DNA of 64,000 nucleotides from a virus (IMGVR_UViG_3300046492_000369:1-64000); one strand, 5' to 3'. Shown: positions 17,795 through 28,492, counted from the first letter of the stretch. The notes: generated from the letters alone by a model not told the origin. Numbers and translations: made by a program.

Positions 17795-20242
17795 TTAGTT
17801 TTTAAGTACGAGAGCCAGGACATCAATGGCAGCCTTGGCTAGCTGGGGAGAGGTATCGCTCGAATTCAACAAACGAGCTAAACCAGACTTATCAAGGATA
17901 CTCAACAGTTCACTATCCTTGACCTTTTTAATGAACAGTGCATTCGCTGGATCGAGAGGAATAGCATTCAAATATGTGCGCACACTGGCCATATCAGGCG
18001 GGATGTTGTAGCGATGATGGGAAATCAAGTCCTTCCAGAGGTGCACATACTTCCTGTCTTCCTCGGTCAGATTATTCACCAAGCCAAATTCCTGTCGCAA
18101 GATCTCAGTGTTGTACACCATTTCAATGACTGAAGTGTTATAGAAGCAGTCGGAATAGTACGTCGTCAAAGCCCGGTTCACATCGAATGCCCAGTATTCC
18201 CTGATAGTCGGACTGTTCAGCATGTAATCACAGACCTTTTGCCGAACATAGTCCGTCATCTCGGGAATATTCTTGCCCTTCCACTTCGCATGCATGGATG
18301 AATTGGTGGTAATGCCACCTTTATCCCCGAACAATTCGACGATATAAAAAGACGCCAATTCATCCCAATGATCCAACACCAAGGTCGAAGTGGTCTTATT
18401 GATTTTTACTTCTACCAAGAACTCAGGATTCTCAATACGGGGTGCCGTATCCAGTCGAGACAATGTAGTATTAATATGCATGCGAACATTCTTGGCTGGC
18501 ACGACTGACTTCAGGCACGCCAAGCCTTTCTGTACTGGCTTGCGTGCAGAATAGTCCCGCTTTTCTGGTTCTTCTTCCCAATCCTGTCGTGTAGTCAGGT
18601 CCACCACAGTCATACCACTAGCTTGGAAGAACGTAAGTGCTGCTTCCTGCTCGGCCTTCTTCATGCCAACGTGGTACACCAGGAAGCCCTCGTACTTGCC
18701 GAGCTGCTTGAACACGTCATGACGGAAGATCCGCAACTTGAGATCTCGGCGTGATTTGGTGAGTACGACGATGTTGCGCAGGTAAGGCAGTGTGGCAAAC
18801 AAATGACGTGGAGCCACCATGTTGAAGGCCACCATGGGCGGGGTGCTGGTGTCGTAGGAATTGCTAGGTGCATTGGCGTCACCGGAATCGAACACATACA
18901 GCTTCTTGTGGTCGATGCCCGCCTTGATCAGCTTGACGACCAGCGGGCCCACCACACAACGCTGCAGCCAGTCGTTGGGTTCATGACCACGCTGGAAACC
19001 AGCTTTCACCTTGTCCAGATGCCGCAGGAAGGTCTGCACCGTGCCACGCTGCAGCAAGCCAGCCACCACCATCTTCTCCAACCGGAACTTGATGTCTTGC
19101 TTGCGGAAGTCCAACGACTTCGGATAGTTCGATTCCATGTACCGCTGAGACATGGTCAGCAGATCGCTGATATGGGTCGGATGGGTGGAGTCTCCCTTGA
19201 TCGGCAGGCATTCAGCCGTGGTCAAGAGATCGGCAATACGCTTGTCGGCTACCGCATTTTCCACTGCAGCTTGGGCGAACTCGCTGCAGGCTTCCTTGAA
19301 GGTCGTGTTGAGCGTATCGACGAAGCCACCCAGCAGCATCTTCAGCGTCTTGATGGTGTGCTCTTGCATCGACAGGGATTCTCGGCTTGGGGTCACCGAG
19401 ATGCTGTGCGGGGGAGCTTGGAAGATGATGTTGTAGTTCCGGCTGTGGCGACCCAAGGCTTCGAGATGTGCCTTGATAATCTTGTATTCGTGGCCGATCT
19501 CCGAAGCCGTATCTACCGGATAGATCACGTTCCCATACCGCACCATAATGTCGGTTTGGTTCTCGATGAATTCGCCGGGTGCGATCAGGTAGTTGGCTTT
19601 GGTCGTATCGAAGCCAAGGGTTTCCACTTGCTTCCCGTTGAAGAGCACATTCATGTCGCCGTTCTTGGCGATACGCTGCACCAGCCGCATGAAGCGATTG
19701 CGATTCATGTTGTTGAGGATGCGGATCGTCACCTGCAGGCCGGTATCCGTGGTTGGGAACGAAGCGATCGGAATGATTCCTGGCTTGCCCATGGCCTGTG
19801 CCGACGACTTGGAAAGGTTGTAAATTGTTTTCACCCCATCGTGGCAGGATATCACCTCGAAATGGTCAGTGTAGGCAAAGGGTGCCTTGCAACCCAGACC
19901 GAAGCCACCAGTCTGCTGGCCATCGTTCTTTTTGGTCGAGTTGCCGTAGGTGCCGTAGATTAGCCCCATGTCATCCTTGTGGATGCCCCGGCCAAAGTCC
20001 TTGATGATGAACTTATCGTCGGTGATGGTGACTTCCACTGGCTTGTCGGTATAACCCGCTTCGATATGGGCATCCCATGCATTGCACAGCACTTCACGCA
20101 CCACAGCCAGAATCTGATCCTTGTACAACGTGGACGACAGGATGTTGAAGAACTCGGCACTGGACGAGATACCGAATTCAATGGGCTGGCTGCCACCAAT
20201 GATAGCGTGCGTGATATGGTCTTTTTGATGTGCTACTTGCAT
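17795..20242 (-). CDS. rIIA: rIIA-like protein (N-terminal GHKL ATPase)
   Basis: LSSTLY...VREVLCNAWDA, DFGRGI, STKK...GGFGLGCKAPFAY. Confidence 0.92.
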   Translation of the reverse strand: MQVAHQKDHITHAIIGGSQPIEFGISSSAEFFNILSSTLYKDQILAVVREVLCNAWDAHIEAGYTDKPVEVTITDDKFIIKDFGRGIHKDDMGLIYGTYGNSTKKNDGQQTGGFGLGCKAPFAYTDHFEVISCHDGVKTIYNLSKSSAQAMGKPGIIPIASFPTTDTGLQVTIRILNNMNRNRFMRLVQRIAKNGDMNVLFNGKQVETLGFDTTKANYLIAPGEFIENQTDIMVRYGNVIYPVDTASEIGHEYKIIKAHLEALGRHSRNYNIIFQAPPHSISVTPSRESLSMQEHTIKTLKMLLGGFVDTLNTTFKEACSEFAQAAVENAVADKRIADLLTTAECLPIKGDSTHPTHISDLLTMSQRYMESNYPKSLDFRKQDIKFRLEKMVVAGLLQRGTVQTFLRHLDKVKAGFQRGHEPNDWLQRCVVGPLVVKLIKAGIDHKKLYVFDSGDANAPSNSYDTSTPPMVAFNMVAPRHLFATLPYLRNIVVLTKSRRDLKLRIFRHDVFKQLGKYEGFLVYHVGMKKAEQEAALTFFQASGMTVVDLTTRQDWEEEPEKRDYSARKPVQKGLACLKSVVPAKNVRMHINTTLSRLDTAPRIENPEFLVEVKINKTTSTLVLDHWDELASFYIVELFGDKGGITTNSSMHAKWKGKNIPEMTDYVRQKVCDYMLNSPTIREYWAFDVNRALTTYYSDCFYNTSVIEMVYNTEILRQEFGLVNNLTEEDRKYVHLWKDLISHHRYNIPPDMASVRTYLNAIPLDPANALFIKKVKDSELLSILDKSGLARLLNSSDTSPQLAKAAIDVLALVLKN

Positions 20243-20255
20243 GGGATTCCTCTAA

Positions 20256-20528
20256 TTATTCGTTGGGTTCGTTGATGTAGTGTTTGAATTCCAGCCGGGT
20301 GACGTGGTATTCCTCCAATAACCGATCCACGTCTTCCTCGGTCATCTGTTTTTCCAGCCAGGGGGCTTTGATCTTGCGATGGTCAAGGATCGTGTAGCTG
20401 AATTCCTCGTCGTAGCCTTCCTCGGCGTCTTCCATCGGGCCGGATACCTTGTCCGGTCGGCCCGGGGAATAGTGATCAACCCTGCAGTAGCAGGGGATGT
20501 CATTGATCTTGGTTTCAAAGGTCACCAT
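20256..20528 (-). CDS. hypothetical protein
   Basis: ORF in operon, SD GAGGAG. Confidence 0.75.
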   Translation of the reverse strand: MVTFETKINDIPCYCRVDHYSPGRPDKVSGPMEDAEEGYDEEFSYTILDHRKIKAPWLEKQMTEEDVDRLLEEYHVTRLEFKHYINEPNE

Positions 20529-20530
20529 GC

Positions 20531-20743
20531 TTAGTACTCTCCTCTTCGGTCAGGGTCTACTTGCTGGTGCTGGAGTTTATGGATGTACAGGGCCAGATCA
20601 TTCTGAGCCTGTTGCAGCTCCAGCCTGACCTGTTCCCTGTAGTTAAGATCAATGACTCCGCTCATTCGGGCATTGTCCAGTTCCGCTTCGACCAATTTAC
20701 GGATCTTTAGCACTAGTATTCTGGCCTGTCTATCATTGAACAT
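20531..20743 (-). CDS. hypothetical protein
   Basis: ORF in operon, SD AAGGAG. Confidence 0.7.
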   Translation of the reverse strand: MFNDRQARILVLKIRKLVEAELDNARMSGVIDLNYREQVRLELQQAQNDLALYIHKLQHQQVDPDRRGEY

Positions 20744-20755
20744 GGCATTACTCCT

Positions 20756-23488
20756 TTATGCTGCTTCTTTCTCCTTGGGGTTGAGATAATCATTCACCGC
20801 TTCCTTACAGATGGTGATGATCTCTTCTTTACCAGCATTGTTGGGTAGAGTGATCGGGTTATGCCAGGCAGGCCAGAAGATGTCCAATGCAGCACCCAGC
20901 TTCACGGTCGGATGCTGTATCTCAGGCAGCTCCTGCCACTCCATGCAGGCGATCAGTTCCCGGTTGACCCACTCCGTCACTTCGGCGTCATCGGTCCACA
21001 GGTAGTACTGGGCATCATGAATCTGTGCACAAGGCCAGATGTCATAGCGATACTTCGAGGCCCATACCTTCTCCATGAAGGCATTGGCTGCCCGGTTGTT
21101 CAGCAAGCCATAGGACTGTCCCAGTGCATTGCCTGCAGTCCGGCCTTCCGCTGCAGCTTCATACGGCATGCGCGATGCACCGTAAATCACCTGCTTGAGT
21201 AGGGGGGTCCGCAACCGCAGCCCGAATGCCACTTCCACGTAGCCATCCTTGGTGGCCTGCTTGATGCGATCGGCCACATACTGGTCCGACACCTTGTAGA
21301 GCTCATGGTAGTTGGCTTCGATACGCTGTGACTTCTCCTTGGGCCAGCCGAGGTTGGCCATCATGCCGTGGTACGTGCCTCCGTACGTCAGCAGGAAGGT
21401 TGGAGCCTTGCTGTCCTGTCGCCAGTGCTTGGCTTCCTTCTTGATGCGGTTCACCGACTTCGGATCGGTCACATCAATGTTCAGTCCTTCCGCAATGAGC
21501 TCTTCCCGAAAGTAATACGCTGCACGCAGACAGTGACCATCGAATCCTTGGATGTACACACCCAATTTGTTCGGATCTTTGGTAGTGAGTGCCGAGATAT
21601 AGTCTTCCAGCGAGTTGAAGTCCGCTCCACCGAACACCATACCCTTGGGAGCCATGAAGATGGTCTTGATCAGCTTACCGAGGTGTAGTTCCACGCCGTC
21701 GATCATCATAGTGACGTTCGATGGAATGTTTTGCATGTTCGGATCGGAGGATGACAACCTGCCCGATACCGTGCCTCCGAGGTTAAAGCTACCATGAAGC
21801 CAGATGATGCCATCCTTGGCTTTCTCGATCCCCTTCTCAAACGCCGGGATGAAGTTAGACAGGATAGTGGTCACTTGGCCATGGCCGATCAGTGCCGTGA
21901 TCAATCCCTTGTAGGCATCGTCATCGGTGTGGTGCAGCAGCTTCTCCAATGTCTCCGCTCCGGTGGCAGGCAGCTTGGTGTCGGTGAAGTCGAGTACCGG
22001 CAGCCCCATCAGCTCGTACAGCAGGAACTGCAACTGTGGACCACTGTTCGGGTTGAACTCAAAACGGGGGAAGGTAGCCCGGTCCTTGGGCTGGATCTTG
22101 TCAGGATTCTTGGCTTTGCCTCGCCGTTCTTCATAGTCTTTCCGCCATTCCTTCTCGGTCATGGCGTCTTCGAACGTGGACAGCACCGGGGTCTTGCGGA
22201 TCGTAGCCAGGAATTTATCCCGAATCCGCTCCAGCTGCTCCTTGACCTCTTGCACCCGCTGCTTGTTCATCGGCATGCCGGTCAACTCCATCTGCAGGAT
22301 GGTCTTCAGGCTCGGAAGGAACAGGTTGTGGTAGATGGCTTCCTGATTGTCGGCCACCAGCACCGGCCAGTACTTGCCACGGACATAGTGGGTGGACAAG
22401 GTATCGACACCGTTGTACTGCAGCAGCTCCGGCAATGGGATGCGCCGGATGTCCTTGATATCGTCCTTGGCCCAGTTGCCAGCGAATTCATGGGCTAGCG
22501 ACTTCAGGCCCAGTACATTGCCAGCGGTAGAATTGGTGGCCAGGTAGGCGATCAGGCGGGTGTCGTCGATGCCTCCTACCCGGGTCATCACTTCCAACCC
22601 TTCCAGCAGCCCTCTCGTATCGAGCAGGTCCTGCATGTACAGCGTGTAGATGATCACCTTCACGTCATAAGCGGCATGGTGCCAGATCAGCTTGCCCTTG
22701 TAGGTGTTGAAAAACTGCTTGAGCGCGGCACGAACGGCAGGATTGGGAGCGAAGCGACCAAAATCCGACCGCCGTTCAGTGCCAAGCGGGGCAAGAAGGG
22801 AATTATTGGGCTGGTAGTCACATGGAAAAGCAACAAACCGATGTTGATCAGGAGCAAAAGCGATGGTCCCGATCCCTGCCTCGTTAAAACGCAGCGAGAA
22901 GGCTTCGATGTCACAGGCGAGGGTTGGGTACTCATGGAGGGCATTTAAGGCCGCCTGGATCGAACTGACGCCTTCTGGGTACACTGCCTGATGGATGATC
23001 CCCGTTCCCGGTGCCTGATACGCACCCTGCAGGTGCGAAGCCAAGGCAAACAGTCCCGCATCGAGCTTGGTTTGCAGGGAGGGATCATAGATCAGTTGCT
23101 GGTAGTTCATCCCCAGCACGACATGCAGGTGCTGGAAACCATCAATCTTGCAGGGGAGAACGTAGCCAGCGTGGACATCGGCCTTGGCTTGGCCGGTGAG
23201 TACCTTGAAGAAGGCACTATCGGAACAATACAGGTGGGTAACCTTCAGGGAGGTGAGCGCCGGAAGCAGGGATTCAAGGAGATACTCCTTAATGTGCTTC
23301 ACGGGCGCCTTCCCCAGTTCATTGTATTCTAATGTATAAGCGATAACATTAGTAGGGCTCAAACCGTGCGCGGCCAGCTTGTTGACGTAATTCTTCCGCA
23401 GTTCGTCCTGTTTGAAGGCTGACACCTTCATCAACAGGGCGACTTGGTAGTTGCCGTCCACTGACGGCTCGAAGAGGTGGTAGCGCAT
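20756..23488 (-). CDS. family A DNA polymerase with 3'-5' exonuclease, N4-type
   Basis: CDIEAF (ExoI), YNGVD (ExoIII), TVSGRLSSSDPNMQNIP, GADFNSLE (A), RQDSKAPTFLLTYGG (B), QIHDA (C). Confidence 0.96.
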   Translation of the reverse strand: MRYHLFEPSVDGNYQVALLMKVSAFKQDELRKNYVNKLAAHGLSPTNVIAYTLEYNELGKAPVKHIKEYLLESLLPALTSLKVTHLYCSDSAFFKVLTGQAKADVHAGYVLPCKIDGFQHLHVVLGMNYQQLIYDPSLQTKLDAGLFALASHLQGAYQAPGTGIIHQAVYPEGVSSIQAALNALHEYPTLACDIEAFSLRFNEAGIGTIAFAPDQHRFVAFPCDYQPNNSLLAPLGTERRSDFGRFAPNPAVRAALKQFFNTYKGKLIWHHAAYDVKVIIYTLYMQDLLDTRGLLEGLEVMTRVGGIDDTRLIAYLATNSTAGNVLGLKSLAHEFAGNWAKDDIKDIRRIPLPELLQYNGVDTLSTHYVRGKYWPVLVADNQEAIYHNLFLPSLKTILQMELTGMPMNKQRVQEVKEQLERIRDKFLATIRKTPVLSTFEDAMTEKEWRKDYEERRGKAKNPDKIQPKDRATFPRFEFNPNSGPQLQFLLYELMGLPVLDFTDTKLPATGAETLEKLLHHTDDDAYKGLITALIGHGQVTTILSNFIPAFEKGIEKAKDGIIWLHGSFNLGGTVSGRLSSSDPNMQNIPSNVTMMIDGVELHLGKLIKTIFMAPKGMVFGGADFNSLEDYISALTTKDPNKLGVYIQGFDGHCLRAAYYFREELIAEGLNIDVTDPKSVNRIKKEAKHWRQDSKAPTFLLTYGGTYHGMMANLGWPKEKSQRIEANYHELYKVSDQYVADRIKQATKDGYVEVAFGLRLRTPLLKQVIYGASRMPYEAAAEGRTAGNALGQSYGLLNNRAANAFMEKVWASKYRYDIWPCAQIHDAQYYLWTDDAEVTEWVNRELIACMEWQELPEIQHPTVKLGAALDIFWPAWHNPITLPNNAGKEEIITICKEAVNDYLNPKEKEAA

Positions 23489-23499
23489 TGTTATTGTTC

Positions 23500-24021
23500 C
23501 TATGTAATGACCAGTTCCAGCACCATCCGCTTTTTGAGCATCAGGAGCCAGTCCTTGTGTGCTTCCTTGAATGCTTCCACCTGTTCATCCGTCATCTCCC
23601 GTGGTAAGACGAACTCAGCAGGCAAGAACAGGTTGTAGATGGCGCTGTGTAAGCTCTCTGGCAGGATCTGCAGGTAGTCATGCACACTGTTGCTGGCATT
23701 GAGCATCTTGTTGAAGAAACCAACGACGAAAGGCACCTCGGTGTACTCAAGGTGCTTCTTTTCCGCCAAGTATTCATCCATGCTTGGCTGCAATTCTGGC
23801 AGAAGTCGGTTGGTTTTGAAACGGGGATGGGTGAATTCGAAGCTGTAGTACTCGCCCTTGTAGGTGAAGGACTCATGTACGTACCGGGCTGCCGTGGTGT
23901 TGGTACGCAACAGTTCCTTCAGTTTGGCTTCGAAACGCCGGTGGGTCGGCGCATACATGGCGGCTTCAAGGGCGTTCTTGATGGTCTGCTTGACCCGAGG
24001 TTCCAGTTTGGGTCTGTGCAT
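23500..24021 (-). CDS. conserved N4-like hypothetical protein upstream of the DNA polymerase
   Basis: clean ORF with SD AGGGAG; position. Confidence 0.75.
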   Translation of the reverse strand: MHRPKLEPRVKQTIKNALEAAMYAPTHRRFEAKLKELLRTNTTAARYVHESFTYKGEYYSFEFTHPRFKTNRLLPELQPSMDEYLAEKKHLEYTEVPFVVGFFNKMLNASNSVHDYLQILPESLHSAIYNLFLPAEFVLPREMTDEQVEAFKEAHKDWLLMLKKRMVLELVIT

Positions 24022-24032
24022 GGGAGTCTCCC

Positions 24033-24233
24033 TTAGTTGGGTGCCCCCTTGGCTTGCCTCTGGGAGCGGAGTCGATCGGCAGCCTGCACGATCAAGCTGA
24101 TCAGTGCACGCATCTTGTAGGTACTGCCTTCTGAGCTGTTGGCTAAAGCCAACTGCTGTCCATAGATCCGGGCCAGACTGTCCAGCTCATCGAAGGTCAG
24201 TCCGCAATCATCCATGCTGGATTGGTTGGTCAT
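24033..24233 (-). CDS. hypothetical protein
   Basis: ATGA-coupled ORF. Confidence 0.65.
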   Translation of the reverse strand: MTNQSSMDDCGLTFDELDSLARIYGQQLALANSSEGSTYKMRALISLIVQAADRLRSQRQAKGAPN

Positions 24234-24424
24234 TGTTTCCTCGCGTATTGCATATCCTGCAGGTGATGCAGTGTGACCAGCAGCACCTTACGGGTAATTT
24301 CAAATGCAGAGCCAAGTTTTCTCAGACTTTCTATCGCTTCCTGATAGTCCTTGATGCCCTGCTCCAGCTCATCGTTGGTGATGCTTCCACCATCACAGCA
24401 TTTACGATAGAGATCACGACTCAC
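24230..24424 (-). CDS. hypothetical protein
   Basis: GTGA-coupled ORF, SD GGAGG. Confidence 0.65.
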   Translation of the reverse strand: MSRDLYRKCCDGGSITNDELEQGIKDYQEAIESLRKLGSAFEITRKVLLVTLHHLQDMQYARKQ

Positions 24425-24810
24425 AGCAGCCCCTCCGGTATGTCGACTTCATCGCCCAACTTGCTGGCGATTAGGCAGCGCATGGCGGCGATCAGGGGCG
24501 TTTGGCCGTGGATATTGCGGCTACTATCCTTCGACGCCAGCCATAGCTCTTCGTAGTGGTCACCCTTCTCGTTCCCTTTTGGGAAGTACAGGTCATTACC
24601 ACGAAGTACATTAATGCGCTCGCGCTCGATGATCGGACCGCCCTGTGCCCAGTTGGTGGAATGGGACTGCTGCCACAATCCCGCCTCCCATACCGGATTG
24701 GGGAACAACGAGCCGTCATCGTTACGCATCAACGTGGTGTTCTTCCCCTCGCACTTTGCCACCGCCCAGTCAAGGGCAGCGCCGATTAATTCGCTGGTTT
24801 TGATCATCAT
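24421..24810 (-). CDS. NinX/DUF2591-like phage protein
   Basis: KTSELIGAALDWAVAK...STNWAQGGPIIERE...G.TPLIAAMRC..ASKLG. Confidence 0.8.
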   Translation of the reverse strand: MMIKTSELIGAALDWAVAKCEGKNTTLMRNDDGSLFPNPVWEAGLWQQSHSTNWAQGGPIIERERINVLRGNDLYFPKGNEKGDHYEELWLASKDSSRNIHGQTPLIAAMRCLIASKLGDEVDIPEGLL

Positions 24811-26150
24811 GCGAAGTCTCCAACGAGATAAATATAATGACGTGCCCTACTTACGGCTACATACATCAAGCGAGCAATCAGGTCACCCAAGTTACACCGG
24901 CTCACATCGTCCAAGTCGATGAATACTTTGTCGTAAGTGGAGCCCTGACTCTTGTTGATGGTCTGCGCAAACGCTGCACGCAGGTCGAACCAGCATTCCT
25001 CGATTTCGGCCAGCAGTCGATATTCGTTGAGGGCTTTGGCTCGCTTCACGCGCTCATTCTTGGCAGCCAAGGACTTGGGGAAGAATGCCCGGATGCTGTA
25101 ATCGACCGTGACCCAGTTGCCGACGACATCGTGGTACTCGACATCGGGTTCGATGCAGGTGATGTACACCAGTTGATCGGTCTTGATACTGTGCTTGCCT
25201 ACGATGACATGCTTGTTGCATACCACGTAGTCACCCACTGCAAAGTGCGGGTCACCGGAAATGTGGTTATTCACCGCATGGTTGTAGTCGATCACGCACT
25301 TGTTGGTCCAGCCAAGGATCTTCGAATCGTTGTAACGCCAGTCGTTACGGGTGAATTCGTCGATGATCCTGTCCTCGAAGTCACTGCGCGGCAGATGGAC
25401 AATATGATGGCCATCTGGCTTGAAGTTAAACCACTGACCACTACTCACCGTATTTCGGAACTGGGTAGCTAGTGTGATGATCGGGTTGCCTTCAGCCTGA
25501 CGCATCACCTTCTCCAGTTTGGCCGTGGTAAAGCCTGCATCGAATACTGGAGTGTTGTTGTACTTCACAGGAGGAAGCTGGGCCGGATCCCCGATGAACA
25601 TGATCTTGCAGTTCTGGGTCTTCTTGAAGATCGTGGTCAAGAGCTTACTGTCGATCATGGACGCTTCGTCGATGATCAGGATGTAACCGAATTCCGGGAT
25701 TTCACTGCGAGGTACCAGTTCAGTATGGCCGGTACGGTAGTCCTTCGACACCCGCAAACCAAGGAAGCTATGAATAGTCCGCACTTCCATGCCGGTGATC
25801 TGGGCCAGTGCCTCGGCTGCCTTGTTAGTGGTAGCTGTCAGCTGAATCTGGTAGTCGAACATGCTCGGGTTGACCAGCTTAGCCATCTGCAAGTACTTGG
25901 GCATGTTGTCCATCAGAGTCTTGACCAGCGTGCTCTTGCCGGTGCCAGCGTAACCTTGCAGTACAAAGACCTGCTCGATCGGGCTGATCAGGAAATTGAT
26001 GAACATATTCTTGGCTTTTTCCTGGTCCTCGGACAGGATGAAGGCTGGAGCTGTGACATCGACTTCTTCCGGAGCAGGAGGCCACTCACTGCGATCAAAC
26101 AGATCATCTATCGCTGCATCTTCTTCTTCAGGCGAGTTAAAGTCACTCAT
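24807..26150 (-). CDS. SF1B (Dda/RecD-like) DNA helicase
   Basis: GYAGTGKS, TIHSFL, IIDEASM, GDPAQLPPV, TINKSQGSTY, YVAVSRAR. Confidence 0.93.
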   Translation of the reverse strand: MSDFNSPEEEDAAIDDLFDRSEWPPAPEEVDVTAPAFILSEDQEKAKNMFINFLISPIEQVFVLQGYAGTGKSTLVKTLMDNMPKYLQMAKLVNPSMFDYQIQLTATTNKAAEALAQITGMEVRTIHSFLGLRVSKDYRTGHTELVPRSEIPEFGYILIIDEASMIDSKLLTTIFKKTQNCKIMFIGDPAQLPPVKYNNTPVFDAGFTTAKLEKVMRQAEGNPIITLATQFRNTVSSGQWFNFKPDGHHIVHLPRSDFEDRIIDEFTRNDWRYNDSKILGWTNKCVIDYNHAVNNHISGDPHFAVGDYVVCNKHVIVGKHSIKTDQLVYITCIEPDVEYHDVVGNWVTVDYSIRAFFPKSLAAKNERVKRAKALNEYRLLAEIEECWFDLRAAFAQTINKSQGSTYDKVFIDLDDVSRCNLGDLIARLMYVAVSRARHYIYLVGDFA

Positions 26151-26158
26151 GTGGTTTC

Positions 26159-27325
26159 CTATTCGGTGTGGGTGTTGTAGTAGATAATTTTCCCGAACGG
26201 GGCAGTCCAGTCCGGGTTATCGTGGATCATCCACAGGATGTTGGTGTTACAGGTATCCCTGTCGTGATAGAAGCCACCATCAGTAAAGATCATGGCCACC
26301 TTCGGCTTGGTCTTCTCGATATGGTCCAATACATCGGTGATGACAGTACCACCCCGGCCATGGAACTTCACATTGGCCAAGTCCACGACGTTACGCACCG
26401 GAGTGATCGACTTGATGCAGGTGTCGAACTGTCCCAGCTCGATCTTTTTGGGCTTCATCATGCGCAGGATACCGTTGATCTCGGAGACGAAGCGTTGGAA
26501 GTCCTCATCGGTTTCCGAACCAGAGATATCCACCCATGCCTGGAAGTCCACCATGGCCCCTTCGCTCCACAGCGATGGAAGATAGTGATCTGGCATGAAA
26601 CGACGGTTGGGTCGCTTCCAGCTATAGTCGAACTTGCCCAAGCTTTTGAGCCACTTGCGCAGAATGGTCTGCCATGGCAACTTGGGGTCGAGCAGCTTGT
26701 CGAGGTACAGTTCGATCTCGCCAGGAATGGCTCCTGGCTTTTCATTGGCCATGCGGGAATGGGTAATGGCCCGAACCAAGATGTCATCGAGCGATCGCTT
26801 CAAATCATCGGCAGGCATCTTGTCGCCTTGCCCTTCACCGTCACCTTCCCCGGGTTCACGCAGGTCCGGCATGCCATTTTGCGGTTGCGGTGCCCCTTGC
26901 TGTTGTTCCTCCTGCAGGAGCTTGTACACTTCTTCGGTGCTCATGCCCTTGAAACGGTCATCGGCCAGTCGCATGGCAGGCAGCTTGAAGCCACGTTCCA
27001 GCAAGTACAGGTTGATAACATGATCGGCTGCAATGTTGAACAGGTTACGGTCCCGGGTACCTAGACGCACCGTATGCATGTAGGCCACATGGCAGCACTC
27101 GTGCACCAACACACCGATCCGTTCTTCTGGCCTCAGGCTCAGGAAGAAGTTACGGTTGAACCCCAGCTTCAGTCCCGTGGTCCATGCGGTTGGGTGGGCA
27201 TCATCCCAGACGAACTTCATGCTGAACAGGATGGTAGTAAAGAAGTGGGTTTCCGGGTGCTGCATCAGGCCGATCTTGGCCTTGTCCAGCAGCTTGTTCA
27301 GCTGGGCTTGATCAATGGTTTGCAT
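26159..27325 (-). CDS. metallopeptidase-vWA protein (DUF2201-like, N4 gp25-like)
   Basis: HECCH (HExxH), NIAADHVIN, MIDAS DISGS...GRGGT...FTDG. Confidence 0.9.
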   Translation of the reverse strand: MQTIDQAQLNKLLDKAKIGLMQHPETHFFTTILFSMKFVWDDAHPTAWTTGLKLGFNRNFFLSLRPEERIGVLVHECCHVAYMHTVRLGTRDRNLFNIAADHVINLYLLERGFKLPAMRLADDRFKGMSTEEVYKLLQEEQQQGAPQPQNGMPDLREPGEGDGEGQGDKMPADDLKRSLDDILVRAITHSRMANEKPGAIPGEIELYLDKLLDPKLPWQTILRKWLKSLGKFDYSWKRPNRRFMPDHYLPSLWSEGAMVDFQAWVDISGSETDEDFQRFVSEINGILRMMKPKKIELGQFDTCIKSITPVRNVVDLANVKFHGRGGTVITDVLDHIEKTKPKVAMIFTDGGFYHDRDTCNTNILWMIHDNPDWTAPFGKIIYYNTHTE

Positions 27326-27382
27326 GTGGTCCTCTGTGGATTGGAAGGGCGAAGCTCACCCAGCGCAGGACAGCGCCTGTCT

Positions 27383-27652
27383 TTAATAGGCTGGGTGAAA
27401 TTGGGCCACGTTAGGTTGAACAGCAGGCTCTTCATTTTTGTAGAGGAACTGCTTGAGCCGGATAATGCGGTTGTGGTGGTATTCGGCAGTCAACTTGTGG
27501 ATCTGCACTCGCAAAGCCGCGTATTCTGCCATGGATTGGGCTTGCAGCTCAGCCAGCTCTGCTTGTTTGAGTTCAGCATGGGCCAGCTTCATTGGAGTAG
27601 GTTGAAACCGCTGGAGGAAGCGTTCCCACCAGCTTAATGTCTGTCCGTACAT
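27383..27652 (-). CDS. hypothetical protein
   Basis: ORF with SD AGGGG, helical. Confidence 0.65.
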   Translation of the reverse strand: MYGQTLSWWERFLQRFQPTPMKLAHAELKQAELAELQAQSMAEYAALRVQIHKLTAEYHHNRIIRLKQFLYKNEEPAVQPNVAQFHPAY

Positions 27653-27666
27653 GATAATCCCCTATA

Positions 27667-27849
27667 TCATTTATATTGTTTTCCGTATTCGCAGTTACAG
27701 GGCTTCCTGCCCTGATCACAGTCACCAGCACAACCATAGACAATGCGATGTGCTTCGGTACGACGATCCTTGCCAGTACGACGTTCCCCGATCAGGTACT
27801 GCCAAAACAGTACCCAAGGCCATGTCGATCCCTTACGCCGGTCACTCAT
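27667..27849 (-). CDS. small Cys-rich hypothetical protein
   Basis: DRR/ERR repeats, GCAGDCDQGRKPCNC; ATGA coupling. Confidence 0.6.
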   Translation of the reverse strand: MSDRRKGSTWPWVLFWQYLIGERRTGKDRRTEAHRIVYGCAGDCDQGRKPCNCEYGKQYK

Positions 27850-28151
27850 AGCAACTTGTCCTTCGCTGGCCAGATGTGATCCACCTTATCCAGCAGTTCT
27901 TCCAGTGTGCTGGCCTCGTACGATTCAAAGCCAACCGGAGTCTCTGGGTATACCTGAAAGACAAAGACACCCTTTGGATCTACCGGCTCGTAGTACAGGG
28001 CACTTTGACGACAGTCGATGGAAGCGGAGACACCGGACTCCAGCATCTTCTTGAGCTTACGGAAGCGTGCACCATCCTTCAGCATGGCTTCAACATCCTG
28101 CTGAAAGGCCATCATCTCGTGATGGGTCATTACCTTGGCTTTGATACTCAC
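27846..28151 (-). CDS. hypothetical protein
   Basis: GTG 28151 after AAGGAG. Confidence 0.65.
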   Translation of the reverse strand: MSIKAKVMTHHEMMAFQQDVEAMLKDGARFRKLKKMLESGVSASIDCRQSALYYEPVDPKGVFVFQVYPETPVGFESYEASTLEELLDKVDHIWPAKDKLL

Positions 28152-28161
28152 TAGTTTCTCC

Positions 28162-28491
28162 TTACAGGAAGTAGGCAACGGCCCGGACAGGATTGCGACG
28201 CAAAGGATCGTCGAACTTAGTAGGATCATCCTTGTAGGTGGTTTCAACCCGGTTATCCTTGTGACGCACGAATTCAGCAAACAACCTGCCTGTGTCGGCC
28301 GAGAATACCTGCGCCACGCTGGAGCCATAATGGTTCATCGACATATGCATGAAGCAGCGCATGGCTGCCGTGTTCGGCTTGTTGGCGGTGGTCTTCTTCA
28401 CCACTACACCTTCTTCGATGTAGGCAGTAATGATCGGACGTTGGGAGTTGACCCCTTCCAGTACCTTGCGACGTTGAGTAATAGTGAACAT
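28162..28491 (-). CDS. hypothetical protein
   Basis: ATG 28491 one base after the HNH stop. Confidence 0.65.
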   Translation of the reverse strand: MFTITQRRKVLEGVNSQRPIITAYIEEGVVVKKTTANKPNTAAMRCFMHMSMNHYGSSVAQVFSADTGRLFAEFVRHKDNRVETTYKDDPTKFDDPLRRNPVRAVAYFL

Positions 28492-28492
28492 G

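Noticed and set aside
20756-23488. Inteins or introns in DNA polymerase, NrdJ, helicase or terminase
   Set aside because: ORFs are continuous with normal motif spacing and no splice-junction signatures
27347-27357. GGGC-GAA-GCTC as a fourth vRNAP promoter
   Set aside because: Mismatched stem, no ATA(T/C) element, located in the middle-gene region
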